Program-made: the position numbers and the translations under genes
DNA from: an uncultured Armatimonadia bacterium
GTDB lineage: Bacteria; Armatimonadota; Zipacnadia; CAVVLO01
DNA length: 64,000 bases
NCBI GenBank assembly: GCA_963749155.1
Contig: CAVVLO010000001.1
Coordinates: forward strand, 512,001 to 576,000
Reading direction: 5' to 3'
Shown here: piece by piece, positions 54,581-64,000 of the stretch
Layout: each line of letters begins with the position of its first letter
Numbering within the stretch: the first letter of the stretch is position 1
Notes under the pieces: generated by a model
The model's input: the letters and a program-made list of their open reading frames with translations, nothing else
What the model was told of the DNA's origin: nothing
The model's database searches: none

Positions 54581-55526
54581 TGAAGCGCTGGCTTTGCTTG
54601 CGGGCGCGCTGGCAGTCATGCTGGCCTGGCTATTAACTCCGCGAGTGCGAGAGTTTGCTATCCGTCATGGTGTGGTGGATATGCCTGGCGAGCGGCGGGT
54701 GCATACGGTGCCCATCCCGAGACTGGGTGGGGCAGCTATCGTGCTGGCGCTAGTGGCAACCGTAGCTATTTTGTATGCAGCTGGCGGGCTGCAACTCGAT
54801 GCGCGACTGGCTGGAATCCTGCTTGGGGCCTTAATAGTGGCAGCGGTAGGCGCCTTCGATGACGCTTTCCAGATGCGCGCACTGCACAAGTTGGTATTCC
54901 AGCTTGCAGCGGCCTCGGTCGCGGTCGCGCTGGGCGTAAAGATAGACTTCCTCAGCAACCCCTTTGGGCCAGATCCCATATATCTCGGCTGGCTTGCCTG
55001 GCCTGCCAGTATTGCGTGGCTGGTGTTCATCACCAACACGGTCAATCTGATAGACGGGCTGGACGGGCTGGCGGCTGGAGTTTCGGCAATCGCAGGCACG
55101 ACGATGGCTTTCATCGCTCTGGCCTGGGGACAGCCGGCTGTGGCTATCCTCTGCGCGGGGCTCGCAGGCTCCTGCGTTGGTTTCCTGAGATATAACTTCA
55201 ATCCGGCGCGCATCTTTATGGGCGATTCGGGGGCGTATTTCCTGGGCTTTGTGCTGGCTGGCGCAGCGGTTATCGGTCCCTTCAAGACCGCGGCTTTTGT
55301 GTCTATCCTGGTGCCAATGCTGGCGCTCGGGGTGCCAATCGCAGACGTGCTGTTTGCGATAGTCAGGCGCGTCGTACAGCGCAGGCCTATCTTTGGGGCG
55401 GACAAGGGCCATATCCATCACAGGTTGCTCGAACGGGGGATGTCCCACCGCAACGCGGTGCTTGCTATCTATCTGATGACTTTTGCGCTTTCCTTGCTGG
55501 CGCTGCTGATAGCGCGACCCAGCTAG
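54564..55526 (+). CDS. Undecaprenyl-phosphate GlcNAc-1-P transferase (TagO/WecA family)
   Basis: [35 protein letters not shown]. Confidence 0.93.
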   Translation: MNELSSEALALLAGALAVMLAWLLTPRVREFAIRHGVVDMPGERRVHTVPIPRLGGAAIVLALVATVAILYAAGGLQLDARLAGILLGALIVAAVGAFDDAFQMRALHKLVFQLAAASVAVALGVKIDFLSNPFGPDPIYLGWLAWPASIAWLVFITNTVNLIDGLDGLAAGVSAIAGTTMAFIALAWGQPAVAILCAGLAGSCVGFLRYNFNPARIFMGDSGAYFLGFVLAGAAVIGPFKTAAFVSILVPMLALGVPIADVLFAIVRRVVQRRPIFGADKGHIHHRLLERGMSHRNAVLAIYLMTFALSLLALLIARPS

Positions 55527-55544
55527 GAGGGCGGGGCGGATTAG

Positions 55545-56708
55545 ATGAAAAAGATTCTCCTCTCGTTCGGAACCCGGCCTGAAGCCATCAAGCTCGCGCC
55601 AGTTATCAAAGCCTTGCAGGATTCGGGCGACCTCCAACCTGTTGTGGCGGTAACAGCGCAACATCGCCAGATGCTCGATCAGGCGCTCGAAGCCTTCGGT
55701 ATCGTGCCAGACTTCGACCTGGACGTGATGGTGCAGGGGCAGAGCCTCGAATACCTGACAAGCAAGGTCCTTGAGACTTTTGCGCCTGTTGTAGAACAGG
55801 TGAAGCCCGATGCGGTAGTGGTGCAGGGCGACACGACCAGCAGCTTCGTATGCGCGCTGGGGGCTTTCTACAAACAAATCCCTGTGGGCCATGTTGAGGC
55901 TGGGCTGCGCACTGACACGCTTTACAATCCCTTCCCCGAAGAAGCGAACCGGCGGCTTACGACCAGACTCGCGAATCTGCATTTTGCCCCTACAGCCTGG
56001 GCAAAGGCGAATCTGCTGGCGGAGAAAGTCGAGGCGTCCAGTATTTTTGTGACTGGGAATACAGTCGTTGACGCCCTCAGAACCATCGCCGCACAAGACC
56101 TGGAGCCTTCCGAGCCCCAAGTTAAGCAGGCAATTGCTGAATCAGAGGGCAAACGGATGCTGCTTGTCACGCTGCACAGGCGCGAGAACCTGGGCGAGCC
56201 GATGCGAGAGATCTGCGAGGCCGTGAAAACACTGCTCTTGCGTTTCCCCGATGTGCAACTGGTCTTCCCAATGCATCTCAACCCGAAAGTGCGCGAGGTA
56301 GTGACCTCGGTACTCGCAGGACTATCGAACGCGACCTTGATTGAGCCTCCGGCCTATCTCGATTTCGTACAATTGCTCAAGCAAGCCCATCTGGTGCTGA
56401 CTGATTCAGGTGGGGTGCAGGAAGAGGGGCCAGGCTTTGGCAAAGCGGTGCTGGTGGCGCGCGAGACAACCGAGCGTCCCGAAGGCGTGGAGGCTGGCGT
56501 GGCGCGGCTGGTGGGCCATTCTGGGCAGGTTATCCTTGCGGCAGCAAGCGAGTTGCTCTCAGATGAAGTGGCCTATCAACAGATGGCCAGGACGGCCAGT
56601 CCCTATGGAGATGGGCAAGCAAGTCAGCGCATCGTAGAAATTTTGCGCTGGTATTTTGACCAGAACCTTCCCAGGCCAATAGATTTCGAGCCTGGCCTAG
56701 AGGCCTGA
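55545..56708 (+). CDS. wecB: UDP-GlcNAc 2-epimerase (non-hydrolysing)
   Basis: FGTRPEAIKLAP, QGDT, HVEAGLR, HRREN, TDSGGVQEE, PYGDG. Confidence 0.96.
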   Translation: MKKILLSFGTRPEAIKLAPVIKALQDSGDLQPVVAVTAQHRQMLDQALEAFGIVPDFDLDVMVQGQSLEYLTSKVLETFAPVVEQVKPDAVVVQGDTTSSFVCALGAFYKQIPVGHVEAGLRTDTLYNPFPEEANRRLTTRLANLHFAPTAWAKANLLAEKVEASSIFVTGNTVVDALRTIAAQDLEPSEPQVKQAIAESEGKRMLLVTLHRRENLGEPMREICEAVKTLLLRFPDVQLVFPMHLNPKVREVVTSVLAGLSNATLIEPPAYLDFVQLLKQAHLVLTDSGGVQEEGPGFGKAVLVARETTERPEGVEAGVARLVGHSGQVILAAASELLSDEVAYQQMARTASPYGDGQASQRIVEILRWYFDQNLPRPIDFEPGLEA

Positions 56709-56753
56709 CTTTTTTTAGGCTTTCAGATTAAGTGGTAGTCCGATCCCCGTACT

Positions 56754-57137
56754 CTAGCCGAACTCCTTGGCGCAAAGCTTCATAATGTCAGTTGCGCCTA
56801 CCAGCCCTTCGAGCCTGCGGCCTGGCGAGACAACTGGCACAGTGTGCTGGCCGGTTGTTGCAATGATGCGGATAACCTCGCCAAGTGAGGTGTGCTCTGT
56901 CACTACCTGGAAGTCTTTGTTCATAATCTCGTTGATTTTCTTGTAGCGACTGCCGGCTTTTACCAGGTCGATCTCGGTCACCAGACCAATCACGAGGCCT
57001 GTCTCATCACAGACTGGCAGCACTACAGTGTTGTGTTCGGCCATAAGGTGGACGGCATCTTTTACAAGGGCTTCTGGACGACACATAGCGGGATTCCTGC
57101 TTACAATCTCACTCACGGGGGTATCAAGACGGATCAT
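56754..57137 (-). CDS. CBS-pair domain protein
   Basis: LPVCD..GLVTEIDL and VPVV..GLVGATDI; GGAGG RBS. Confidence 0.85.
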   Translation of the reverse strand: MIRLDTPVSEIVSRNPAMCRPEALVKDAVHLMAEHNTVVLPVCDETGLVIGLVTEIDLVKAGSRYKKINEIMNKDFQVVTEHTSLGEVIRIIATTGQHTVPVVSPGRRLEGLVGATDIMKLCAKEFG

Positions 57138-57221
57138 CTGCTACCTCCTCCGCAACCTCGACTAGAGACTGATTATTATTATACCACCGAGTTTTGATTT
57201 CAAAGGTAACTCTTAAACAAG

Positions 57222-57250
57222 TTGACGCGGGCTGACGCCTCTCTTACAAT
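57222..57250 (+). promoter_or_regulatory. Putative promoter of the aminotransferase/fusion operon
   Basis: TTGACG-17 nt-TACAAT. Confidence 0.65.
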
Positions 57251-57276
57251 CGAACAACGCTACCTGGGGGACGAGG

Positions 57277-58467
57277 ATGCGCTACGCAAGCAGGCTGAGC
57301 CGACTCGGGACCGAGACGGCCTTTGATGTACTCGATCAGGTAAAGGCACTGGAAGCACAGGGCGAGAGCATAGTCAGCTTCGCGCTGGGCGAGCCGGATT
57401 TCGACACCCCAACCAATATACGAGAAGCTGCCAAGCGCGCTCTCGATGAAGGTAAAACCCATTATTCTCCCTCTGCGGGACTGCCGGAGCTGCGCGAGCG
57501 ATTGGCCGTTTATATGGAACGAACCCGCGGGGTGCCTGTCAGTCCCGCAGAAATCGTTGTCACTCCAGGGGCTAAAAAGATAATCCTCGACACAATGCTG
57601 GCCTGCGTCAACGAGGGCGAGCGAGTCCTTTATCCAAGCCCCGGCTATCCCATTTACGAATCTATCGCCAGCTTTGTCGGCGCTGAAGCTTGCCCAGTGC
57701 CTATGGATCCGGATACCGGTTTTGGCTTCAACCTGGATGAACTGCGTCGCCTGATTACGCCGAATGCGCGATTACTAGTTTTGAACTCGCCCCAGAACCC
57801 CACTGGTGGAGTGCTTGCGCCAGGAGAGATCGAGGTCATCGCCAAGCTGGCGGTTGAACACGACCTTTGGCTGCTTTCAGATGAGGTTTATGGCCGACTT
57901 TGCTATGACGGAGAGGCGCTGAGTCCAGCGAGCATCCCCGGACTTAAAGAACGCGTCATCGTGCTGGATGGGGCGAGCAAGACTTATGCAATGACAGGCT
58001 GGCGGGTAGGCTGGGCGATGTGCAACCCCGAGCTTGCCCAGCAGCTGGCCAAACTGGTTACGAACGCAGATTCCTGCACCTCGACTTTCAGCCAATGGGC
58101 AACCCTTGAGGCCCTTGACGGGCCCCAGGAGGAAGCCGACTATATGCGGCAGGAGTTTCAGGCGCGGCGAGAGCTGATAGTTGCGGGATTGAACTCGATT
58201 GAAGGCATCCAGTGTCAAAGCCCAAAGGGCGCCTTTTACGTCTTCCCCGAGGTGACGGAAGCCTGCAGGGCGAAAGGTTTCCGCAGCTCGAGGGAGTTGC
58301 AGAATTATCTGTTATTCGAAGGCAAGGTGGCAGTGTTGCACCGAGAGTGCTTCGGTCGCAAACTGCCAGGCGAGAGTCGCGAGTTCATCAGACTTTCTTA
58401 CGCGACCAGCAGGCAGCAGATTGAAGCGGGACTCGAACGTATCGAGCGAGCCCTGCGCCGGCGCTAA
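57277..58467 (+). CDS. PLP-dependent class I/II (aspartate-type) aminotransferase
   Basis: GEPDFDTP, NSPQNPTG, SDEVY, SKTYAMTGWRVG, GAFY, RLSYA. Confidence 0.93.
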   Translation: MRYASRLSRLGTETAFDVLDQVKALEAQGESIVSFALGEPDFDTPTNIREAAKRALDEGKTHYSPSAGLPELRERLAVYMERTRGVPVSPAEIVVTPGAKKIILDTMLACVNEGERVLYPSPGYPIYESIASFVGAEACPVPMDPDTGFGFNLDELRRLITPNARLLVLNSPQNPTGGVLAPGEIEVIAKLAVEHDLWLLSDEVYGRLCYDGEALSPASIPGLKERVIVLDGASKTYAMTGWRVGWAMCNPELAQQLAKLVTNADSCTSTFSQWATLEALDGPQEEADYMRQEFQARRELIVAGLNSIEGIQCQSPKGAFYVFPEVTEACRAKGFRSSRELQNYLLFEGKVAVLHRECFGRKLPGESREFIRLSYATSRQQIEAGLERIERALRRR

Positions 58468-58490
58468 AGGCGCCAGGCCGGAGGAGCAAG

Positions 58491-60525
58491 ATGGCACTCG
58501 AAAAGAATATCCTGACCCTCGTTCACTTTATGGCCTACCGAGGCCCGCGTCATAATGACAGCGTGGCTCGGGGCGAGGCGCCGCGCGACTACCTGATGGA
58601 TTCGTTCAAGAAGGTACTCGCGGACGAATACTTCGGTGGGATTGAAGTTACGCATATCAAAGATAGCAAAACGCGCGCCGAGGCCGCCGAGTTGCTTGCC
58701 TCCTCAGGTAAACAGGTTATCTTTTCCGCCCAGCCTGTACAGCTTATAAATGAAGACAAGCTGGTTCACGAGGCTGATATCAGTTGCATCGACAATGTCG
58801 AACGCGCCAAGGCCGTGCAGCGGTTGATGGGGCTGGTGGATGAAGCCTATGAGATGGGCGCCCGTGCCTTTGGGGTTATCTCGGGCACCGATTATGGCAC
58901 CTCGGAGGGGCTGGGGAAGCGCGGCGAGGCCAAACGAGCCCTGGCGCGCAGCCTGAACGAGCTGGCGACTTTCATCAAAGAGCGGGGTGAGTCGCGCGGC
59001 CTTGAGCCAATGACTCTGGTGCTGGAGCTGTTCGACCGGTTGCCCTATCCAGGCTGCAAGAATCAACTTATCGGCCCTACCCCTGATGCGGTGGAAGTAG
59101 CCGAACTGGTCAGGCATCTCTACGGGCAAGAAAAATTCGGCCTACTCTATGACCTTTCCCATATGCCCCTGCTGAATGACCTGGGTTTCGAAGGCGAGAC
59201 GCCGGACGCGCTCCGGAGCCTGTCTCCCTTCCTTGCGCATATCCATATCGGCAACTGCGTGAAGGACAGAGAGGACGCCAACTTCGGCGATAGCCATGTC
59301 CGGGCTCGACTATCCTGGCGCGGCGAACGACCGGGACGCGCTGGCCTGGTTTGTGCAGGTGCTGGCGGAGATCGGCTATGAGGGCGCGATCGGGTTTGAG
59401 GTCTCTCCACGCGGTGAAGAGCTGGTAGAGAGCGTCCTCGATGTCGCGAAGGCCTGGTTCAATGAAGCGAAGGCGCGGATAGACGTCAACTATGCGCTGG
59501 GGCCTTTCGTGTACCACAATCGCACCTTTCTGCCGGACGAGCTATTCGGAAAATTGACCGAGCTGCGTGTCAGCAGGCCGGATGCGATAAACGAAGCGGC
59601 GGCGGCGCGCGTAAGACGCACCAGGCTGGCTGGAGAGGACGGCAAGCTGCTGGTGCTGGCTGCGGACCATCCCGCTCGGCGAGTCACAGGAGTAGGGCCT
59701 GAACCGTATGCGATGGCAGACAGGCAGGAATATCTCGGGCGGATCGCGCGTGTGATGACCAGCCCGTGGTGCGATGGGTTGATGGGCACGCCCGATGTCA
59801 TTGAAGAGGCGCTGCTGCTGGACCTGCTGGTGCGCGAGAAGACTGGCAAAGGTTTTCTGGATGGCAAAATACTGATCGGCAGTATGAACCGTTCGGGCCT
59901 GCTTGGCGCCGAATTCGAAATGAAAGATATGATTACGGCTTATGATGCCGAGTGGATAGAGCGGATGGGGCTGGATGGGGGCAAAGTACTTTTCCGCCTG
60001 GACCTCGAAAGCAGATACTCGATACGCACGATGATGATGCTGGCGCCGGAAATCAAGAAGCTGCAGTTGAAGGGGTTCCCAATTTTTATCGAGCCACTGC
60101 CGGTCAGGCGCACGAGTCATGGGTATGAGACCGTGATGGAGCCTGGCGAACTGGCCCGCATGGCAGGGGTGGCGGCGGCCCTGGGGGGCACGACAGCTAC
60201 CAGCTGGCTCAAGCTGCCTTATGTTGAAGACTTTGACTTGGTGGCCCAATCTACTACTTTGCCGATTCTGCTGCTTGGTGGAGCTGCTCTGGAAAATCCA
60301 CTCAAGACAGTTGAGAGCTTCGAGAAAGGACTTGGTATCGCAAGTAATATCCGGGGCGCAATGGTTGGGAGAAATGTGCTCTTCCCGGGGTATGATGACC
60401 CTCGAGCGGTCAGCAAAGCCATATGGGGACTCATCCACGAGGGGTGGGGCTCGGAGCGCGCAGTGCGCGAACTGGCAGCTGAGCGGGGCGTTGAACAGGA
60501 ATTTCTTTCAAGCATTTTATTGTGA
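58491..60525 (+). CDS. Fusion of sugar isomerase/epimerase TIM barrel and Cgl0159-like class I aldolase barrel, frameshift near 59300
   Basis: N-domain matches the paralog at 2789 and continues across the frameshift; C-domain has AADHPAR, GSMNRSGL, WLKLP, LLLGG, VGRN. Confidence 0.78.
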
Positions 60526-60623
60526 TATACGCAGGAGACCAGACTTAGTCACCGAACAGGATTGCCGTAGGCAGTTATATCGGGTAAAATTAGGTGACTT
60601 CGCTGATAAGGGGGCGCCAGTAA

Positions 60624-62083
60624 ATGACCGCCAATAGTAGAGGCGCGCGCGGTGCGCGCTGCCGTAATGCTCTGGTGGGACTCGCACTTGTGCTGCTCGC
60701 AACCCTTGCTGGAGCGGCTTTCGCCGATAGCGTTGCCCTTTTCGGCGAAGGGCGGGGATCCGTGTGACCCCGGGCTCCTGGGGTAACGGGACCGCTCAAG
60801 AGAGCAAGACCACATTCAAGAACAAGCCCGCGCTCGAAATTGTGAGCACGTCTTTCTATGCGGGTGGCTACCTCAAGTTTTCTCCCTCGGTTGATCTGAC
60901 GGCTTATGCCGCGGATGCCAACAACTCGGCTATCGAGTTAATCCTGAGGCCCAAGCTGGCTCCAGCGGCAACTAGCGGCTTTGGCACGATGGGACCGATG
61001 CCCGGTGGCGCGATGATGCCTGGTGGCGCTGGGATGATGCCGGGTGGCGCGATGATGCCCGGTGGCGCAATGATGCCAGGTGGCGCGATGATGCCGGGTG
61101 GCGCTGGAATGATGCCCGGTGGCGCGATGATGCCCGGCGGCGCAATGATGCCCGGAGCGGCTGGAGGCAACACCGCTGCTGGCGCGATGATGCCAGGTGG
61201 CGCGATGATGGGTGGAATGCCTGGCATGATGCCCGGTGGCGCGATGATGGGTGGCGCACCTTCCATCTCAATGGGCATGATGCCTGGTATGATGCCTGGC
61301 GGAATGGCCGGTGGAGGCGCTCCTGGTATTTCAATGGGCGGAATGCCTGGTATGGGCGGTATGCCCGGTATGCCTGGCATGGGCGGCGCTGGTGGCACAA
61401 GTGCTGGGATGCCGAGTCTGCCTGGGATTACCACGCAGATAGTTAACCGCGGAATAAATATCCGCTCCTTCCGGGTAGTCCTCGTCTTCGAGACGGTCGT
61501 AATGGAAGCTACCGGCATCGATCTGGCTGAGGGGCTCATCAGGGCCGATGGCTGGATTAGCTACCAGATCCCGCTTGCCGAATTTGGCGCAACCAAGGCT
61601 ACTGGCCAGCTCAAACTGAAAGGTATCGTCCTGGCGACCGACAAGTCGGGCACGCTCGAACTTGGTCAGGTGCGCGCTATCCACGACACAGATCCGCTGG
61701 ATATCTACGCGGGCTGGGACATCACCACGAAGCAGGGTGAGGAAGTCACGCTCAAAGCCAGCACCACGGCAGATGCGGGACGCTTCCCGGTTGCCTGGGA
61801 TCTGGACAGCATCGATGGGCTTTCGGCTGATAAACCCGGCGCGGTTGTGAAATACGCTTTCACAATGCCTGGCACTTATCTGGTCACTGCAATGATTGAA
61901 GACCCAGGAGCTCAGAGGCTGCGCCAGACCGATCGGATAAAAGTGACTGTAAAGCCGGATCCGGAATGGGTCCAGCGGCAGATGCAGGCCCAGGGTTACG
62001 GTGGATACGGCATGATGGGCGGTATGATGATGCCGGGCATGATGCCAGGAATGATGCCGGGGGCGGGTACTCGCGACCGGTAA
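60624..62083 (+). CDS. Secreted protein with Met/Gly/Pro repeat insert and PKD-like domain, frameshift near 60752
   Basis: Signal peptide MTANSRG..LVGLALVLLATLAGAAFA-DS from ATG 60624 joins ORF 60764; PKD-like WDLD..Y.F..PGTYLVT. Confidence 0.75.
60990..61400 (+). repeat. 18/21-nt tandem repeats encoding AMMPGG/GMPG
   Basis: gcgatgatgcc(n)ggtggc units with synonymous third-position variation. Confidence 0.9.
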
Positions 62084-62150
62084 GCTGCCAATCGTGAAGT
62101 CGCGGCGAAAGAGCAGTTCTCAATCGTCGCTCGCAGGACAATCAAAAAGG

Positions 62151-62187
62151 GGCCTTCCCACCGTGCCATATGTGGGAAGGCCTTTTT
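62151..62187 (+). terminator. Intrinsic terminator directly upstream of pyrC
   Basis: 11-bp stem ggccttcccac/gtgggaaggcc plus T5; A-run on the 5' side. Confidence 0.8.
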
Positions 62188-62205
62188 ATGGACTGAAAAG
62201 AAGCT

Positions 62206-63504
62206 ATGGGCGAGTTGCTGCTGAGTCAGGTCAGATTGGTGGAGGCGGGTGGCCCCGCGACTGAGCCCCGCGCTGTAGGTATCCAGGCGGGGAAACTGGT
62301 CAGTTTGGACTCATCGGCCAGGTCAGCAGCGTCCGAGCGCACACTCGAGTGCAGGGGAGCCTGGCTTTTGGCAGGGCTTACGGACTTGCATGTGCATCTG
62401 CGCGATTTCGAACAGGCATATAAGGAGACCGTCCGCGGAGGTTTGCGGGCTGCGGCAATCGGCGGCTTTACTCGCGTGGCCGCAATGCCCAACACAGTGC
62501 CTCCTCTTGCTACTGACGAACTTGCACGGGAATACGTGGCCAAAAGAGATGTGTGCCAACCCTCGCCAGAACTGCTTTTGCTTGCGGCAGCTTCCGATGC
62601 TGAAGGTAAATTGGTCGATCCTGCAATATGGGCCGGCTCCCAGGTGGCGGGTATATCAGATGATGCGCGTCCAGTGGTCGGGCTAGAGGGCTTTGAAAGC
62701 TGGCTAGCGAAGGTAAGGCGGGCAGGATACAGGTTCTACTGCCACCTGGAAGATAAAAGTCTGAGCGGCCAGGGAGTGCTGGACAGTTCGACCTCGGAGC
62801 GATTTGGGGTGGCCGGATTTACGCGACTGGCCGAAACCACACAGGCAGGCGAGTTGCTTGCGGTTGCAGAACGCACTGGGGCGAAGGTGCATATCACTCA
62901 TGTCAGTTGCCGCGAGACGCTTGAGCTGATACGGCAGGCTCGCGGGCGCGGGGTGGATGTAACTTGCGAGGCCTGTCCGCATCATTTCACACTGAGCACT
63001 GAGGACATCGAACCGGACAGGGCGCAGCTCTACAAGATGGCTCCGCCACTGCGCACCCCGGATGATGTTGAAGCGCTGGTGGAGGGCCTTGCAGACGGGA
63101 CGATTGATGCGATAGCGACCGACCACGCGCCTCATACGGCTGAAGAAAAAGCGAAACCGCTGGCTGAGGCGCCTTTCGGTATCACTGGACTGGAAGTGGC
63201 GCTGAGTCTCACCTGGCGACTTGTAGAACAGAGGGACTCAGGTCCAGAAGACGTGGCCAGGTTGCTCTCGGCAGGGCCGGTGCGAGTGCTTGGTCTACCT
63301 GAGCCAAGGCTTGCGGTGGGCGAGCCGGGAGACTTGACGCTTTTCTCGCCAGATTTCGAGTGGACCTTCGATGCGGCCCAGGTGGGGGGTAAAGCTACCA
63401 ACAGCCCCTTCTTCGGGCGCAGCCTGAAGGGCAAGCCTATACTGACAATTGTGAAAGGCGAAATCGTGTACCAAGAGGAAAGGTTCTTCGATGGCAGGCA
63501 CTAA
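62206..63504 (+). CDS. pyrC: Dihydroorotase (long type)
   Basis: DLHVHLR, MPNTVP, HITHVS, EACPHH, KMAPPLR, IATDHAPH. Confidence 0.94.
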   Translation: MGELLLSQVRLVEAGGPATEPRAVGIQAGKLVSLDSSARSAASERTLECRGAWLLAGLTDLHVHLRDFEQAYKETVRGGLRAAAIGGFTRVAAMPNTVPPLATDELAREYVAKRDVCQPSPELLLLAAASDAEGKLVDPAIWAGSQVAGISDDARPVVGLEGFESWLAKVRRAGYRFYCHLEDKSLSGQGVLDSSTSERFGVAGFTRLAETTQAGELLAVAERTGAKVHITHVSCRETLELIRQARGRGVDVTCEACPHHFTLSTEDIEPDRAQLYKMAPPLRTPDDVEALVEGLADGTIDAIATDHAPHTAEEKAKPLAEAPFGITGLEVALSLTWRLVEQRDSGPEDVARLLSAGPVRVLGLPEPRLAVGEPGDLTLFSPDFEWTFDAAQVGGKATNSPFFGRSLKGKPILTIVKGEIVYQEERFFDGRH

Positions 63505-64000
63505 GCAGAAAGGCTGGCTGGCTCTGGAAGACGGCACGGTATTCGAGGGCCTGGGATTCGGCGCCGAGGCCACCCGATGCGGTGAAGTCGTATTCAATAC
63601 GGGGATGTGCGGGTATCAGGAGATACTCACCGACCCCTCCTATTGCGGTCAGATAGTGACTATGACGGCCGTACAGATAGGCAACTATGGGACAAACTTC
63701 CAGGATTTCGAGTCGCGCAGTCTTTTCCTCGACGGATTTGTGGTGAAAGAAGCAAGCCCCCTTGTCTCGAACTGGCGCTCGGACTGCTCGCTGGACGAAC
63801 TGCTGAAGCTCTATAACGTGCCTGGAGTTGAAGAGGTAGATACACGCAAGCTGACTCGCCATCTGCGTATGCAGGGCGCGATGCGCGGCTGTATCGCAGT
63901 GGGCGAGTGGAATCCTGACGAACTGGTTGACCGTGCCAAGGCCTCTCCCAGTATGCAGGGCAGAGAACTCGCCTCGCAGGTTAGCTGTGCCGCTCCTTAT
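63491..64000 (+). CDS. carA: Carbamoyl-phosphate synthase small subunit (5' part, runs off the window)
   Basis: Manual translation LALEDGTVFEG, GEVVFNTGMCGYQEILTDPSY.GQIV, IGNYG, DTRKLTRHLR. Confidence 0.95.
   Translation, partial: MAGTKQKGWLALEDGTVFEGLGFGAEATRCGEVVFNTGMCGYQEILTDPSYCGQIVTMTAVQIGNYGTNFQDFESRSLFLDGFVVKEASPLVSNWRSDCSLDELLKLYNVPGVEEVDTRKLTRHLRMQGAMRGCIAVGEWNPDELVDRAKASPSMQGRELASQVSCAAPY

Noticed and set aside
60990..61400. CRISPR array
   Set aside because: Contiguous in-frame coding repeats without unique spacers; no cas genes

Overview
GC-rich bacterial chromosomal window dominated by core information-processing genes. It holds rpoB-rpoC, then one long superoperon fusing str, S10, spc, alpha and truA-rplM-rpsI (15152-38835). 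Flanking genes: hisA/hisH, an iolB sugar-catabolism operon, larBC, three tRNAs, a SpoIVB-peptidase/mlaEFD operon, two orphan histidine kinases, rpiB-glyA-deaminase-tagO-wecB, an isomerase-aldolase fusion, a secreted Met/Gly/Pro-repeat protein and pyrC-carA. Gene order and the barrel-tipped MlaD suggest a diderm Terrabacteria lineage such as Armatimonadota (inference). I saw no mobile element or CRISPR array. About 12 single-base frameshifts, several in essential genes, indicate long-read consensus errors. The main signal is a remodelled expression machinery: a second EF-G between rpsQ and rplN, no rpsE in the spc operon, uS12 lacking the near-universal P90-G91, divergent factor-contact loops, a helical domain inserted in bL17, and many RNA polymerase insertions including one in the trigger loop. 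A candidate terminator/antiterminator switch precedes rpsL.
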